NCBI GenBank assembly: GCA_051294375.1
Contig: CM119263.1
Coordinates: 8,025,935-8,089,934, forward strand
Length of the DNA stretch: 64,000 nucleotides
Origin: Paraspadella gotoi
Lineage: Eukaryota; Animalia; Chaetognatha
Reading direction: 5' to 3'
A program made the position numbers and the translations under genes. The notes under the pieces are model-generated. The model was not told the DNA's origin. It was given only the letters and a program-made list of their open reading frames with translations, and did not search any database. Position 1 is the first letter of the stretch. Every line of letters starts with the position of its first letter. This document shows, in pieces, positions 1-11,923 of the stretch.

Positions 1-106
1 CCACGGCTGCAAGCGGCCGCCGTCTCCTGCGCCGTTGTCAAACGCAAGATGGAGACGCATCCGACGGCCACGTTCAAGCGGATCCTCGAATTCATAGACG
101 TCGACG
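1..106 (+). CDS. Probable upstream (extracellular-domain) exon of the class B GPCR, 5'-truncated by the window edge
   Basis: GC-rich segment ending at a GTGAG donor (107). Frame 3 reads TAASGRRLLRRC, resembling the CWPxxxxGxxxxxPC part of the class B hormone-binding domain. The frame is not certain. Confidence 0.4.
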
Positions 107-779
107 GTGAGAACTGTTGACGGGCTAACAGATGATTGGGGAACTGTTGAAAATCTCGACGAATGGTACATTGGGGTAACCTGACTTGCAAGCAAAAGGC
201 TTGCTTTAGCTGGGGAACGAATGTCTTCGGTCGCAGGATTAGAAAAAAAGAAACCGTAACTGATTCGAGGGGTAAATTACGACGTCTTGCCTTCTCCATC
301 TCTATCTTTTAATTCTCTCCTTTCTATTTTTTTTTCTTTTCTTTCTTTTTTTTTCGTCTCTTCTAATAAAATAAATCTACTCTACTTTTTTGCAATTCAT
401 GGCCTTAAATAAAGGTTCCGCTAATTGAATTGAATGTTTCTTTCAAATATAAAATCAGATGAGCTTTAGATAATAAAATTGTAATAGATATGACTCGAAT
501 AAATATTTGCAAAAGTTAAGACCCATTTACCAAAGAAACCATTACTTACATTTTAAGCCTTAACCTTAGATTATGGCGTCGTTTTATTTATTTATCTATT
601 TATTGCTTTTTTAATCGACACTGGCTCAATTTACGATTCCTCCACTAACTTCCTTTTCTTCGTCCCCGAAACCATTACCGCTTCATGCAAATTTTTCTCA
701 TTGTCTCCGTCTCACTCTTTGTTTGTTGTTTTGAGCCTCATTTCCTACGAGGAGATCTTTTTTCTCCTCGTTGATCTTT

Positions 780-1280
780 CTTCCTTAGATCAAAAACCAA
801 ATTCTCTCTTTTCTTTTTTTGATCCAACTCTCCTTTCATTTTTGGATTAATTTCTCTTTTCTTTTTTATATTTAACTCTCTTTTCTTTTTTCAACAAACT
901 CTTTTTTCTTTTTTGATCAAAATCTCTTTTCTTTTTTTTATGAAAGTTTATTTTCTTTTTTGAATAAAATTCTGTTGTCTTTTTTTGATCAAACTTTATT
1001 TCCTTTTTTTAACAATTTTTTTATTTTATTTTTATGAATTTCTCTTTTTTTTATCAAACTCTCTTTTCTTTTCTTTTTTCTTTTTATGATCCAACTCTTT
1101 ATTTTTATTACATTTTTTTGTTTTGTTCAAACTATCTTTTCTTCTATTATCAAACTCCCTCTTTTTGGATCAAAACCTATTTTTATTTTCTTTATATGAC
1201 AAAACTCTCTTTTCTATTTCACTTTCTTCTTCTTTATTCAAACTCTCTTTTCTTTTTCTTTTCAACGTTATTTCTTTCTG
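780..1280. repeat. Degenerate T-rich minisatellite (~28-30 bp unit, core TTTTTGATCAAACTCTCTTTTC)
   Basis: The motif gatcaaactctcttttc recurs through the first GPCR intron. It explains the spurious F/L/S-rich ORFs at 1034-1599. Confidence 0.7.
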
Positions 1281-2487
1281 GATCAGAGTTTCCTCGTCTT
1301 ATCTTGCATTTTATAACCGCTTCATTCCCATCATATCCAAACGATATCGCCAGATTTCTTTCAAGATCCAATCAGACTTCTTTCGCCTTTTTCCTTTTTC
1401 CCTTTTAATTTCACCTCTGACTTTGTCCCTCCATTCATTTTTCGCTCTTGCGTTTCTTTTCATATTATTGGTTCTTTCTTTTTTCTCATATCAACATCGC
1501 TTTTCCTTCGCGTTTCGATGGCTCATTTATTCCTCCCAGTCTATTTTTAGCTTCTTTTCCTCGTCTAGCAATATTCCTTGCCTGAGAACATTCGATTAAT
1601 TATCTCCCGAGTATCAGTTTAATTCCCCTTTTTTTACGTTTTACTCGATTCTGATTGTGATGCTACGACTCACTCTGTTTGATTGTTATCATTTCAAAGA
1701 AATGAATTTTTTTTTTCTCCGATACTTGCGGCAACTTCGAATGAGAAAATTAATCTCGTCTTTTCACTTTCCAATGGTTTCCAAAATCAACTTTCTACTG
1801 CTCAATTCTTGGAATCATTTCATCACCTGATGGGAAATTCCTATTTGTCATTGTCATTGTTACTGTAATTTTCATTTTCACTGTCACTATTCCTGCTGCT
1901 TTTTTCAATCATATTCTTTGTTAATATTTTTTTCTTACATTATAATCTTCCTTTATAACCAAATATCGTTGGGATTTAATCTAATTTAATCCCTTCAGAT
2001 AATCCAATCAAGTAAAATATAATAGAGAATTGCCATCGTTTGCCGATCGAAAATTGCTACGGCGCCAATTCCATATTGTGTGAATGAGAGCGATCGGAAA
2101 TCCCCATTAACCGAGAAAATGGAAGAGGAAGAAGGAAACAAAAGGGAAAGACTCATGAATTTGTGAGAAGGATTTTTGGTGAAAGTCATCGATGAATGAG
2201 GAGGAGGAGGAGGAGGAGGAGGAAGAAACTGAAGGGGCACATTTGGCGCGAAGACGAATCCATCTTTCTATTCATTTCATTTCTTCGTCTCTCCTCAGAC
2301 CCTGGAATTCCTTAGTACCTTTTCCTCAATATTTTTCTAGCTTAATGCACAATTATTTACATATAATTTGTACATAAATATTTATTTATTCCCTTTCTTT
2401 TTCGTTGATTCGTCCATTTCACTCTCTTTTCTCTTGTATCGCCATTTTGTAAAATTAATAACGCTCAGCGATCTTTTACTTCCACAG

Positions 2488-2981
2488 TCAACGTGACACG
2501 CGAATGCGACGTCAATGGTTCCTGGTTCAAAGCCAATTACTCTCGATGCACAGATTACTCAAACGTAAGAGAATCTTTATGTATACTTACTCTTTTTTTT
2601 TCTTTTTGCCCCTTTTGTGACGTGGGTTTTGTTAGGATTCCAAGTTTTTTTTTTTGTGACGACGCCCTATCGTTTCATGTTATTAGTGTCTATCTGATGT
2701 TTATCTTATGTTTATCTGATGTTTTTATCTGATGTTTTATTTTTATTCATTGTTTTTTTTTTGTTTAAATTATTTTACAGTCACATTTGCTTTGTGATAA
2801 CCCCTTACGATTTTAATGATTTTCTATTTTTTTTTGTGATGACCCCTTAATTCCAGCGGGATTTCTACTCGAGAAATTACAGCGCGGCTGAGGTGATCTA
2901 CTTGACGGGCAACAGCGTCTCTCTTGCCGCTTGCCTTGTCGCCCTCTTTATTTTTCTTTACTTCAAGTGAGATGAGAGAGA

Positions 2982-3048
<67 letters not shown>

Positions 3049-3643
3049 GGAGGGGAAATAAAAGATTGTACAATTTCAGGCCTTAAGTGAATCACTAAAG
3101 TGATTTACAATAAAGTGATTTACAATAAATAAAAACGGAAAGAAAATCACGTATTTTTTACGAGTTTACCATCGACTAATGATGAGCAAATGTTCGTCGT
3201 CTCTGGCTGAAGTTTCCATGAAGAATAATGGAACCTTGTAATGCACCTTTAAACATCATAAAAAAAAAGGAGAGACACTATATCCTTCTCCATAAACAAA
3301 ACATTAAGGCGACTAAGCAATCTCATTTTCTCTTGTTTATACCTCCCACTCAGGAGTTTGCGATGTTTGCGCAACCGAATTCACTCCAACTTAATCATCA
3401 CGTTCATCCTGAAAAACATCTGCTTCTTTCTTCTCTTCGCCATTGGTTCGTTCATGAATAATGAGTTTATGCGGGGATTTATATTGGATAGAGACGTTTA
3501 ATGTTGCGTCCCGTCAAATTAGTCGTTCAGTATTAGTGGAATGAGCTGATTTCACATCTTTGTATCTGATAGCCCTGGGTTACAGGCCGGTTAAACCACC
3601 GGTAGCAAGCCTCCTAAGATACGGCATCCAAGGCAACTGGCAA

Positions 3644-3691
<48 letters not shown>

Positions 3692-4104
3692 TTGGGGCAG
3701 GCCTCACCGTCAGAGCTTTTTGGCAACCCCCTCTCCTCTCGGTCACTATTTTTTTTTATCTAACTTCAAGTCTTAATATATTTAAATTTATTGTTTTTTT
3801 TTATTATGTCAGGAGAAGTTTCATCGAAGGAAACGTCTTCCAGCGTCGCGGGAGTCTGTTGCAGGTTTGTTTGTTTGTTTTATCTTTTTGATTGTTTGTT
3901 TGTCGTCGTAGTTGTTGTTGTGGTCGCGAAAGACAAAATGCGCTGATGTTTTGAATTTTTCAAGTGCGCCGAGTCATCAATCATTTTTCCTTTGTTCCTG
4001 AAAGTCAGTTCGATTTCCATGGAGAGTGAATTTTTAAAAAAAGGAACAACGAAAGGTTATCAACGAAGTTTGACGAGAAAATGATGAAAGTGACGATGAT
4101 GTGA

Positions 4105-4183
<79 letters not shown>

Positions 4184-5131
4184 CGATGATGACTTTTTTT
4201 GAAAGTTAAAAAAAAGTGTCGTCGTTGTTTTCGTTTTCTGTGTTTTGACCTCGCGCGATCCAAAAATTGTATATGTATAATTGTATATATATGTAATATT
4301 TATAACTCGTGCAATGATTTTTGAGTTCACTCGTAATAATGACGTCTTTTTTTTCTTCTCCTCAGCGTGTTCATTTCCTTTTATCACTACATCCGGATGA
4401 CCAACTTCGGGTGGATGTTCGTCGAGGGACTCTATCTCTATCTCGTCGTCGTCTGGACTTTCACGGGATCCAGGATTAAGAGATTCTGGTTCTTCGTCCT
4501 CATCGGATGGTGTAAGACAATGAATCATGTAAACAAACTAAATAACTGGGAGGAAAAAAAAAAAGAAGGAGCGCTTGGGCGAAGAGAAAGGAGGGAATGT
4601 GTTCGCTGAGGCGGAGCTCTCCTGTCGTTGAGTCGGAAAATCGTTGTTACCGGAGAAAACTCGTAAAAACGGCGAGGAGACTGACGAAAGAGTTACACGT
4701 GCGGAGAATTGAATCGTCGTCGTTGTCGTCGTTGTCGTTCCAGTTGTACCTTGCAAGACGATGATGAATTTTCGGACGAAATTTGTACAAACTATGTAAA
4801 AACTAGCCATTCATAATAAAGCTACATAGTCATAAACTAGGAACTTGCCGTCTGGCTTCGGACCGACTATATTCGGTTAAGGCCTCAGTCCCTCTTACAC
4901 GATGATAACGTAGCAAGAAGCTTCGAATCCCCATTGTCACAAGAAATGATTTAAGTGGCATTAAATAATAAAATAAAGTGAAGGAAACCTCACGATTTTG
5001 CTCACTGCCCCCCCCCCGCTCTCCTTATCTCCATGAGCCGAAGAATTCACGTGAAACCGACGTGATCCGTTTTTTTTTCGTCTCAAGAAGAAGGAAGATT
5101 AAAAAAGGAGGAATAGCAGGAGACAGAACAC

Positions 5132-5207
<76 letters not shown>

Positions 5208-6669
5208 CTACGCATCTGTTATAACATTTTCTGGTCAGTTCATAGTCATCATCCATTTCTCATTCTCTTTTCTTCAACTTAAGTTTTCATACATCAGTTA
5301 TTACATAATAGTTCACATGTAGTGCATTATTATTTGTCTCCCCATCTCTCGCTCTTTTCAAAGGTTTCCCCATTATTCCCATGACGGCTTGGGTGATGGC
5401 GCGGGCTCTGAACGGCATCCATCTTTGCTCATTTCCCGACTTAAAACTCGGCAACCAATCGGGTGAGTTCAAGACGGATGCCTCCAGTTGAGCGTCACTA
5501 ATAGGACACACCAAAGTGACATCTCGTTGGCGAAAGAAGAAAGAATTTTCTTTTCACTCTTTTGAGTTATTTTTTTTTGTTCAGGAGAAATAAATCAAGA
5601 GATGAACGAATTCCATTCTGTTTACGACTATATATACATTACTCCGCTGTTATTGTCACTTTTGGTAAGCAATTTGACGATTGAAAGATTGTTTGACATC
5701 AATTTTAGTTAAACCGTTGATGTATTTATTTGTATTTTTTCAGATAAATCTCATATTTTTGTTGTCGATTCTCTGGATTTTGTTGACGAAATTGCGATCA
5801 TCAAATACAGTCGAAACTCGTCAGTACAGGTAATTTTCAATTTCAAAAAATGAATAAATTTATAAAGAAATTGAACAACGAAAGACTTTAAATATGAACG
5901 CAAAAGTTTTCTTGAATGTCCTATAACGAAAAGAGTATATCGACACTGAAAAGGGCGGAAGTGCTCTCGTTCAGGTTCGATCCGCTTCATCGCCGAATCT
6001 CCCTCTTCAACGTCATTTATAATTACGATGCGAGTCTCCACTTAGCGAATTTCCAGTCCTTGATTAACTAAATTATTGCTAGCGACGATTTTGAACGAAG
6101 TTGACATTTTTTTCCCACCACTTGAATTTGAACACTTTTTATTATCCCCACTCGCCACTTCCCTACCTCCCCCCCCGAATTTCCCGCGCGCAACAGGAAA
6201 GCCTTCAAAGGAATGTTTTTCATCATTCATCTCTTCGGCCTCACCTTTATCCTCTTCCTCACCCATTCGTCGGACGACCCCAGAGTCAAAACCGCCTTCG
6301 ACGTTACTAACGCCATCTTGGAATCCTTTCAAGTACTAGTATACACTTTCGCACGCCCGCAAATCGCAAACAAAATATAAAAAAAAATAAATAAAAACAA
6401 AGTTTTATCGCTGTTTCACTCGAATGAAGCCTCAAAACGACAGAGAAAGTTCAAATTAAAAAAAAAAAGGAATCTAAAATACGATTGGAAAGTATTAAAA
6501 ATTGTTTCCTTTTTTCTTTTTTTTTCTTCCAATTTCTGAGTTTTGAAAATCCTGAATTAGTTTTTTCGTTCAAACAGGTTTTTATCCTTTGATCTTTTCT
6601 TCATCTTTTTCTTTTTTCTTTTAGGGTCTCTGCGTTTCGTTTTTTTTCTGCTTCGCTAATAAAGAGGTA

Positions 6670-6714
<45 letters not shown>

Positions 6715-7256
6715 TCTCTCTCTCTCTCTCTCTTTCTCTCTCTGACAATTCTTAGTTTCAATGTCTTCTCCAGGTGAGATCGGCCATTTGTCGAAGAGTC
6801 AATCACTGGCGCCAATCAAAAGCAATCAGCGGCAGAAGAAGAGATTCCAGGCGAAACACTCAGGTTCGTTGATTCAGATTCAATTACTTTAAACTTTAAA
6901 GACAATTATATCATCGCATTGTACTATATTATTATTGTATTTTTGTCATGTTGAATAAGGAATATCCAAACTGTTCATTTGTTTAGACAGCGATGTCACT
7001 CCGTCTGTCGCGAGCAGATGACTCCTCATCCGGGACCCAGGCATTCTATCTTCGTTTTTATTCCAACAAAGTAACAACACTTTTTCTTAATAAATTTATA
7101 TCCTGATTGACCGATTGTTTATAACTTTTTTGACCATTCGTTATTTCTTTATCTAAATAAATCAATAAATTAATTAATTATTTTTTTATTTATTTATTTA
7201 TCTTTTTTTCTTTTTTTCTTTCTTTCTTTCTTTCTTTCTTNNNNNNNNNNNNNNNN

Positions 7257-7288
<32 letters not shown>

Positions 7289-7916
7289 TCAATTTTGCAA
7301 CCGTCCATTACTAACCCCGATATTTTTTTATTGATTGCAATCATAAACTAAGTCACATGATTTAAAACACTACATATAGTCACATATAATATATAGTAGT
7401 AGTATTTCCGTTGTATTTTCTTCAGCACCGAAATTCTCGGAAGGCGTCGGACGGTTCCGTCGACTCGATGCCGATCGGAGCGACGAGACATTCCAGCGTG
7501 TGAGTCTAAAGGCATTTAAATCTCTGATATTTTAAAACTGGTTTAATTTAATGTAACATTATTAAACTTTTAAATTAAACAACTCAAAAAGTTAATTCAA
7601 ATTCCTCGAACTCTTTGTATAATTAAAAAATCATTAGTATAAAAGTAAAGATAAAGATGTGAAAGTAAAGATAAACCTCTATCGTTAACTCTCCCCTTCC
7701 CCCCCTCATAAATTCAGATGCTCCAAAGACGTGGATTCTCGTCGCGTCTCACGCAGCTCGTCGAACGGAAACGATCGACGCTCGGCCTCCGCGCGCAATG
7801 CCGCCGTCAACGCCGCCGTCAGCGCCGTCTCCACAGTGCGCGAGGAGACCGAGAGCTTGACCGACAACTGTGTCGACGAATCCGCGCCCGACCGCCCGGG
7901 CGCACCTAGAGCCTGA
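2488..7916 (+). CDS. Class B1 (secretin-family) GPCR, CRF/diuretic hormone 44 receptor-like; multi-exon
   Basis: Phase-compatible GT-AG exons at approx. 2488-2564 (NVTRECDVNGSWFKANYSRC), 2857-2966 (TM1), 3354-3445 (SLRCLRNRIHSNL), 3813-3864, 4366-4511 (TNFGWMFVEGLYL...IGW), 5364-5462, 5585-5664, 5744-5829 (TKLRSSNTVETRQYR), 6197-6332 (TM6/7, ESFQ), 6625-6666 (GLCVSFFFCFANKE), 6774-6863 (VRSAI), ~6987-7040, 7426-7499 and 7718-7916 (stop). These are CRFR/DH44R signature motifs. Confidence 0.92.
4086..4192. repeat. (GAT)n microsatellite
   Basis: Long run of gat triplets in a GPCR intron. Confidence 0.95.
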
Positions 7917-8433
7917 CCTCGTCGGAAGAAAAAACGGCGCCGACAACCCAATCTTCAAGATGAAGTACGCGGGGTTTTTGTGTTTTTTTAGCGTCTGGGG
8001 ACCGGAGATGACGCCAGCTAATATTTCTCACGGCGGTGTGCCGTTATACCCTCGTGAGTCGTGACCCTTGCCAGTGATACTCACTCTCTCCGTCTCTCTC
8101 TTATTTAATTTTTATGTTAGTAACTTTACCCTCATATTATCGTAAGCTCATAACTTCATATTGTGTTTTCATATTGATCTACAAATGTTCCAAAACAGAG
8201 ACTAATAGCTGTGAACCCAAATGTGAAAATATGATTGTGATTAATATTGTTTCACTGATTGTTACTACATAAAAAGATTACAAACGAAAGACTATCAGTT
8301 GAGTTAATTTACGATTTATGTTAGGGTTAGGCAAAAATGTTGATCTCGAATCGATTTCTCATTTCGATGACGTTTTCTCATCGACAAATCGACAATGAAT
8401 TTGCAGTTTTCCCTTTTGTTTAGCCTCAAAACT

Positions 8434-8462
8434 TGCCGAGTCATGCAGAGAATGAATCAGCA
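8434..8462. promoter_or_regulatory. Pair of antioxidant-response-element-like sites upstream of SQSTM1
   Basis: TGCCGAGTCAT (reverse complement ATGACTCGGCA, 8434-8444) and ATGAATCAGCA (8452-8462), followed by CCAAT at 8471. p62 is an established NRF2/CncC target. Confidence 0.4.
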
Positions 8463-9008
8463 GATTTTGACCAATCAGAAAGGTTTAAAAATTATCTCCA
8501 AACAAAGAGCTGCACCGGAACCAAACGATGTTATTTGTGCTCTACCATTGAAAAACAAGGTCCCCGGATGAATGGTTTGTAATTATAAGAAGTTATTAGT
8601 AAATTTTACCAGAAAAAACCTTTTGTTTTGTTTATTTCATAAAAAGAATGTTCATAGTTCAATATCATTTGCTATATCATGATTCAAGTCATCGCCCACG
8701 AGTATAGTTCTTTATGCTAATTCTACTGCCCGAACCTCTTTCGCAATTCTTCCCGATTATAATTCAAAATAAGTGATAATTCTAAAAAGACTTAAGTTAA
8801 GACCCAAACATTAATCTTTTTTTTTCTTCAACCGACCAGAATATTGACGATCAGATTTTGCACGCAACTCAACCCTGTTCCAGTGGACTCCGCTCCACCA
8901 CATTCTTCTCGCTCCATCTCGTTCCTTCTTTTCGCTCAGTTGTTCTTGCGCTCAGTTTCGAAATTTTCTCCGAGCTTTTCCAGGTCCCTGGATTTTCGAA
9001 CTGCGGAG

Positions 9009-9016
9009 TATAAAAG
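9009..9016 (+). promoter_or_regulatory. TATA box of SQSTM1
   Basis: TATAAAAG about 270 bp upstream of the first candidate ATG (9284), with a pyrimidine-rich initiator-like sequence ~30-40 bp downstream. Confidence 0.55.
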
Positions 9017-9283
9017 GGAGGAGAACGAATACGAGATCAAACGCTTCTCAACTCTCAACTCTACGCGATACGGAAAAATAAATTTTTCTCGCCAACCAAA
9101 CACAATAAAATATATATATAAATATAAATCAACCGATAATCCTAACATCGAAACGTCAGAAAACAACAAATCAATCTTATTCTCTCGAGTCTGCAGTCTT
9201 TCAGATTCTCTCTAATAATTTACAATACGACGAAATTTCTTTTTTTTACAAAAAAGAAAGATTTTTTCATTGAATTTCGCAAA

Positions 9284-11877
9284 ATGAATTCGTCTCGAGC
9301 TTCGTCGTCGGCGGGTTTCCAGGCGGGCAGGGTGGGTTGATTGACTGAGTCTGACCTTTTTGGTGATTGTTTTCCAGGCTGGACAGGTGGGTTGATTGAC
9401 TGATTCTGAACCTTTTTGGTGATTGTTTCCAGGCTGGACAGGTGGGTTGATTGACTGATCTGACCTTTTTGGTGATTGTTTCCAGGCTGGACAGGTGGGT
9501 TGATTGACTGATCTGACCTTTTTGGTGATTGTTTTCCAGGCTGGACAGGTGGGTTGATTGACTGATTCTGACCTTTTTGGTGATTGTTTCCAGGCTGGAC
9601 AGGTGGGTTGATTGATGATTCTGACCTTTTTGGTGATTGTTTCCAGGCTGGACAGGTGGGTTGATTGACTGATTCTGACCTTTTTGGTGATTGTTTCCAG
9701 GCTGGACAGGTGGGTTGATTGATTGATTCTGACCTTTTTGGTGATTGTTTCCAGGCTGGACAGGTGGGTTGATTGACTGATTCTGACCTTTTTGGTGATT
9801 GTTTCCAGGCTGGACAAGCGTGATTGATTGTCTGATTCTGACCTTTTTTGGTGATTGTTCCGCGATTTTTCAAAAAATCCTAATTATTGGTAATTTTTAG
9901 ATAAGTTGTACGGTTTGTCTGATCTTTTTGAAAACTCATGTTACAATTTTTTTTTCTAATCTCACGCCCCCGATACCTTCACAATCACAATCACAGATGA
10001 GCGTGAAAGCCTTTCTCTACTCCGACGTGGCCCGAGTTGGAGAAGGCGACCCGGAGGTACGTCGCTTCCCCGTCGACGAGTCGGCCGCCACCAGCTTCAC
10101 TTACCTGAAGGAGAAGGTCAAGCAGTACTTTCCGCAGCTGCAGCGGCGGGAATTTCAACTGTACTGGAAGGGTGAGTTTACTATCGGTCATCGACATGTT
10201 AAATGTATCGAATGGACTTAGTTAAAATGGATTAAACAATTAATCAATAAACCGATTAACCAAATTCAGATTCTGACGGAGATTTCGTCTCTTTCTCTTC
10301 GGACGACGAACTCGTGGAAATCCTGACTGAAATGACGGCGGCGGAGAAACCGGATCCGATGCAGGTGATCAATCAATCAATCACATGATTTAATCACTCA
10401 AGCGAAAAATCATTTCATTTTTCTTGTCAATCTTTCAAAGCCGTTGCTGAATTGAGACAGTCAAATCTATTCACAAAGAAGTCAATCAATCAATAATGTA
10501 ATAATCAATCAATCTATTAACCATTCTATCAATCTTCATTCTTAAGGATAACCCCACTCAACTGCTATTGAGAATTTTCATCTTGGCGCCGCTATCTTCG
10601 ACATCCGGTCAGCAATCCGCGCCGCAAGGCGCCGCCCAATCGGTTCCGCAAGGCGAGCCTCAGAATCCGCTGCAGGACGTCCTCTTCAACTTTTTTAGCG
10701 CCTTCAATCCTGACGGCGCCGCGCACTCCGCCGCGCACAACGCCGCCCACGCCGCCGGTCATGCAGCCGGAGCTGCAGCCGCCGCGGCCTCCGCGTCCAA
10801 AGCCGCCAGCGCCGCCGCCGACGCTCCGGCGCCGGAGCCCGCCTCATCGGCGCCGGCGGGAGACAACGGAACCGGAAACGAAGAGCGCAGACATATCGGC
10901 GTCGTTTGCGACGGATGCGAGGGACCCATCATCGGTAAGATTTTGTCGTCGTCGCTGTTGTTGTTGTTATTGATGTAGCCTTTATCGGTAAAGGTCGTCA
11001 TTGTCATTGTCTTGCTCATCATCGTAAATTACATGGTCTTTTTAGTAGTATTATTGTTGATTTTCAAATTTATCGCCAGGAATCCGCTACAAGTGCATGG
11101 ACTGCCCCGACTACGACCTTTGCTCGGCCTGCTTCGGGAAGAACCTCCACAGCGAGCACGCCATGATGACGATCCAGCGCCCGGGAGACGGGAGGTGAGT
11201 CTGAGACTGAGAAGCAAAATCAAGAATAAAGAAAGTGAGGCGCCGTACAATACCGCTCTTTCTCAAACTTACCGAAAAATTGGTATCCCGTTTTGTTCAA
11301 AAGTCATTAAAGATCAGTGCTTATTTAAGAATAAAAATCAAGTTATCTATGGAATCATTTCGTTTTTTCTTTATCGTATTGATATTTAAAGACCAAATAA
11401 ATTCCTTATCAACAACTCTCTTTCTCTATATTCTTTTTNNNNNNNNNNNNNCCCCCTATTTTTTCTCTTTTTCCAAAGTTTTATTTCTCGGTAATTAAAT
11501 TTCTGCAGGTTACGGTTCCTCGATGCCGCAATGCCGTAATGCCGCGATGCTTTACTCTTTTCCTTCATTCCCCTTCTCCCATTCGCGCTAGGTTCAAAGC
11601 CCACCCGTTTTTCTTCGGAGGACGCCGTGGCGGAGGATGGGGTTGCCGCTTCGGACGCAGTCACCCGTACAAGGAGCACGGACCGCACGGGCACGGACCG
11701 AACGGGCACGGACCGCACGGGCACGGACCGAAAGGGCACGGACCGAAAGTGCACCTTCCACACTGCGCAAAAGGGCAAAGGCGCCAAAAGAAGATGCAGG
11801 AGATGGAAGAGATGATGAGGAATGTGGTGAGTCGAGTGGAGAAATTGCACAAATTGCAAAAATGCTATTGATGGAAA

Positions 11878-11923
<46 letters not shown>

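Noticed and set aside
1034-1599. Hydrophobic ORFs resembling membrane proteins
   Set aside because: They arise from a T-rich intronic minisatellite.
5975-6071. Alternative terminal exon giving a 5-TM truncated GPCR
   Set aside because: An acceptor-like site and an open frame to a stop exist, but nothing else supports it and the canonical TM6 exon follows at 6197.
9317-9860. CRISPR-like array, or minus-strand ORFs 9212-9873 as a gene
   Set aside because: The units are head-to-tail with no unique spacers, there are no cas genes and the context is eukaryotic. The ORFs are by-products of a 54-bp unit and shift frame at indels.
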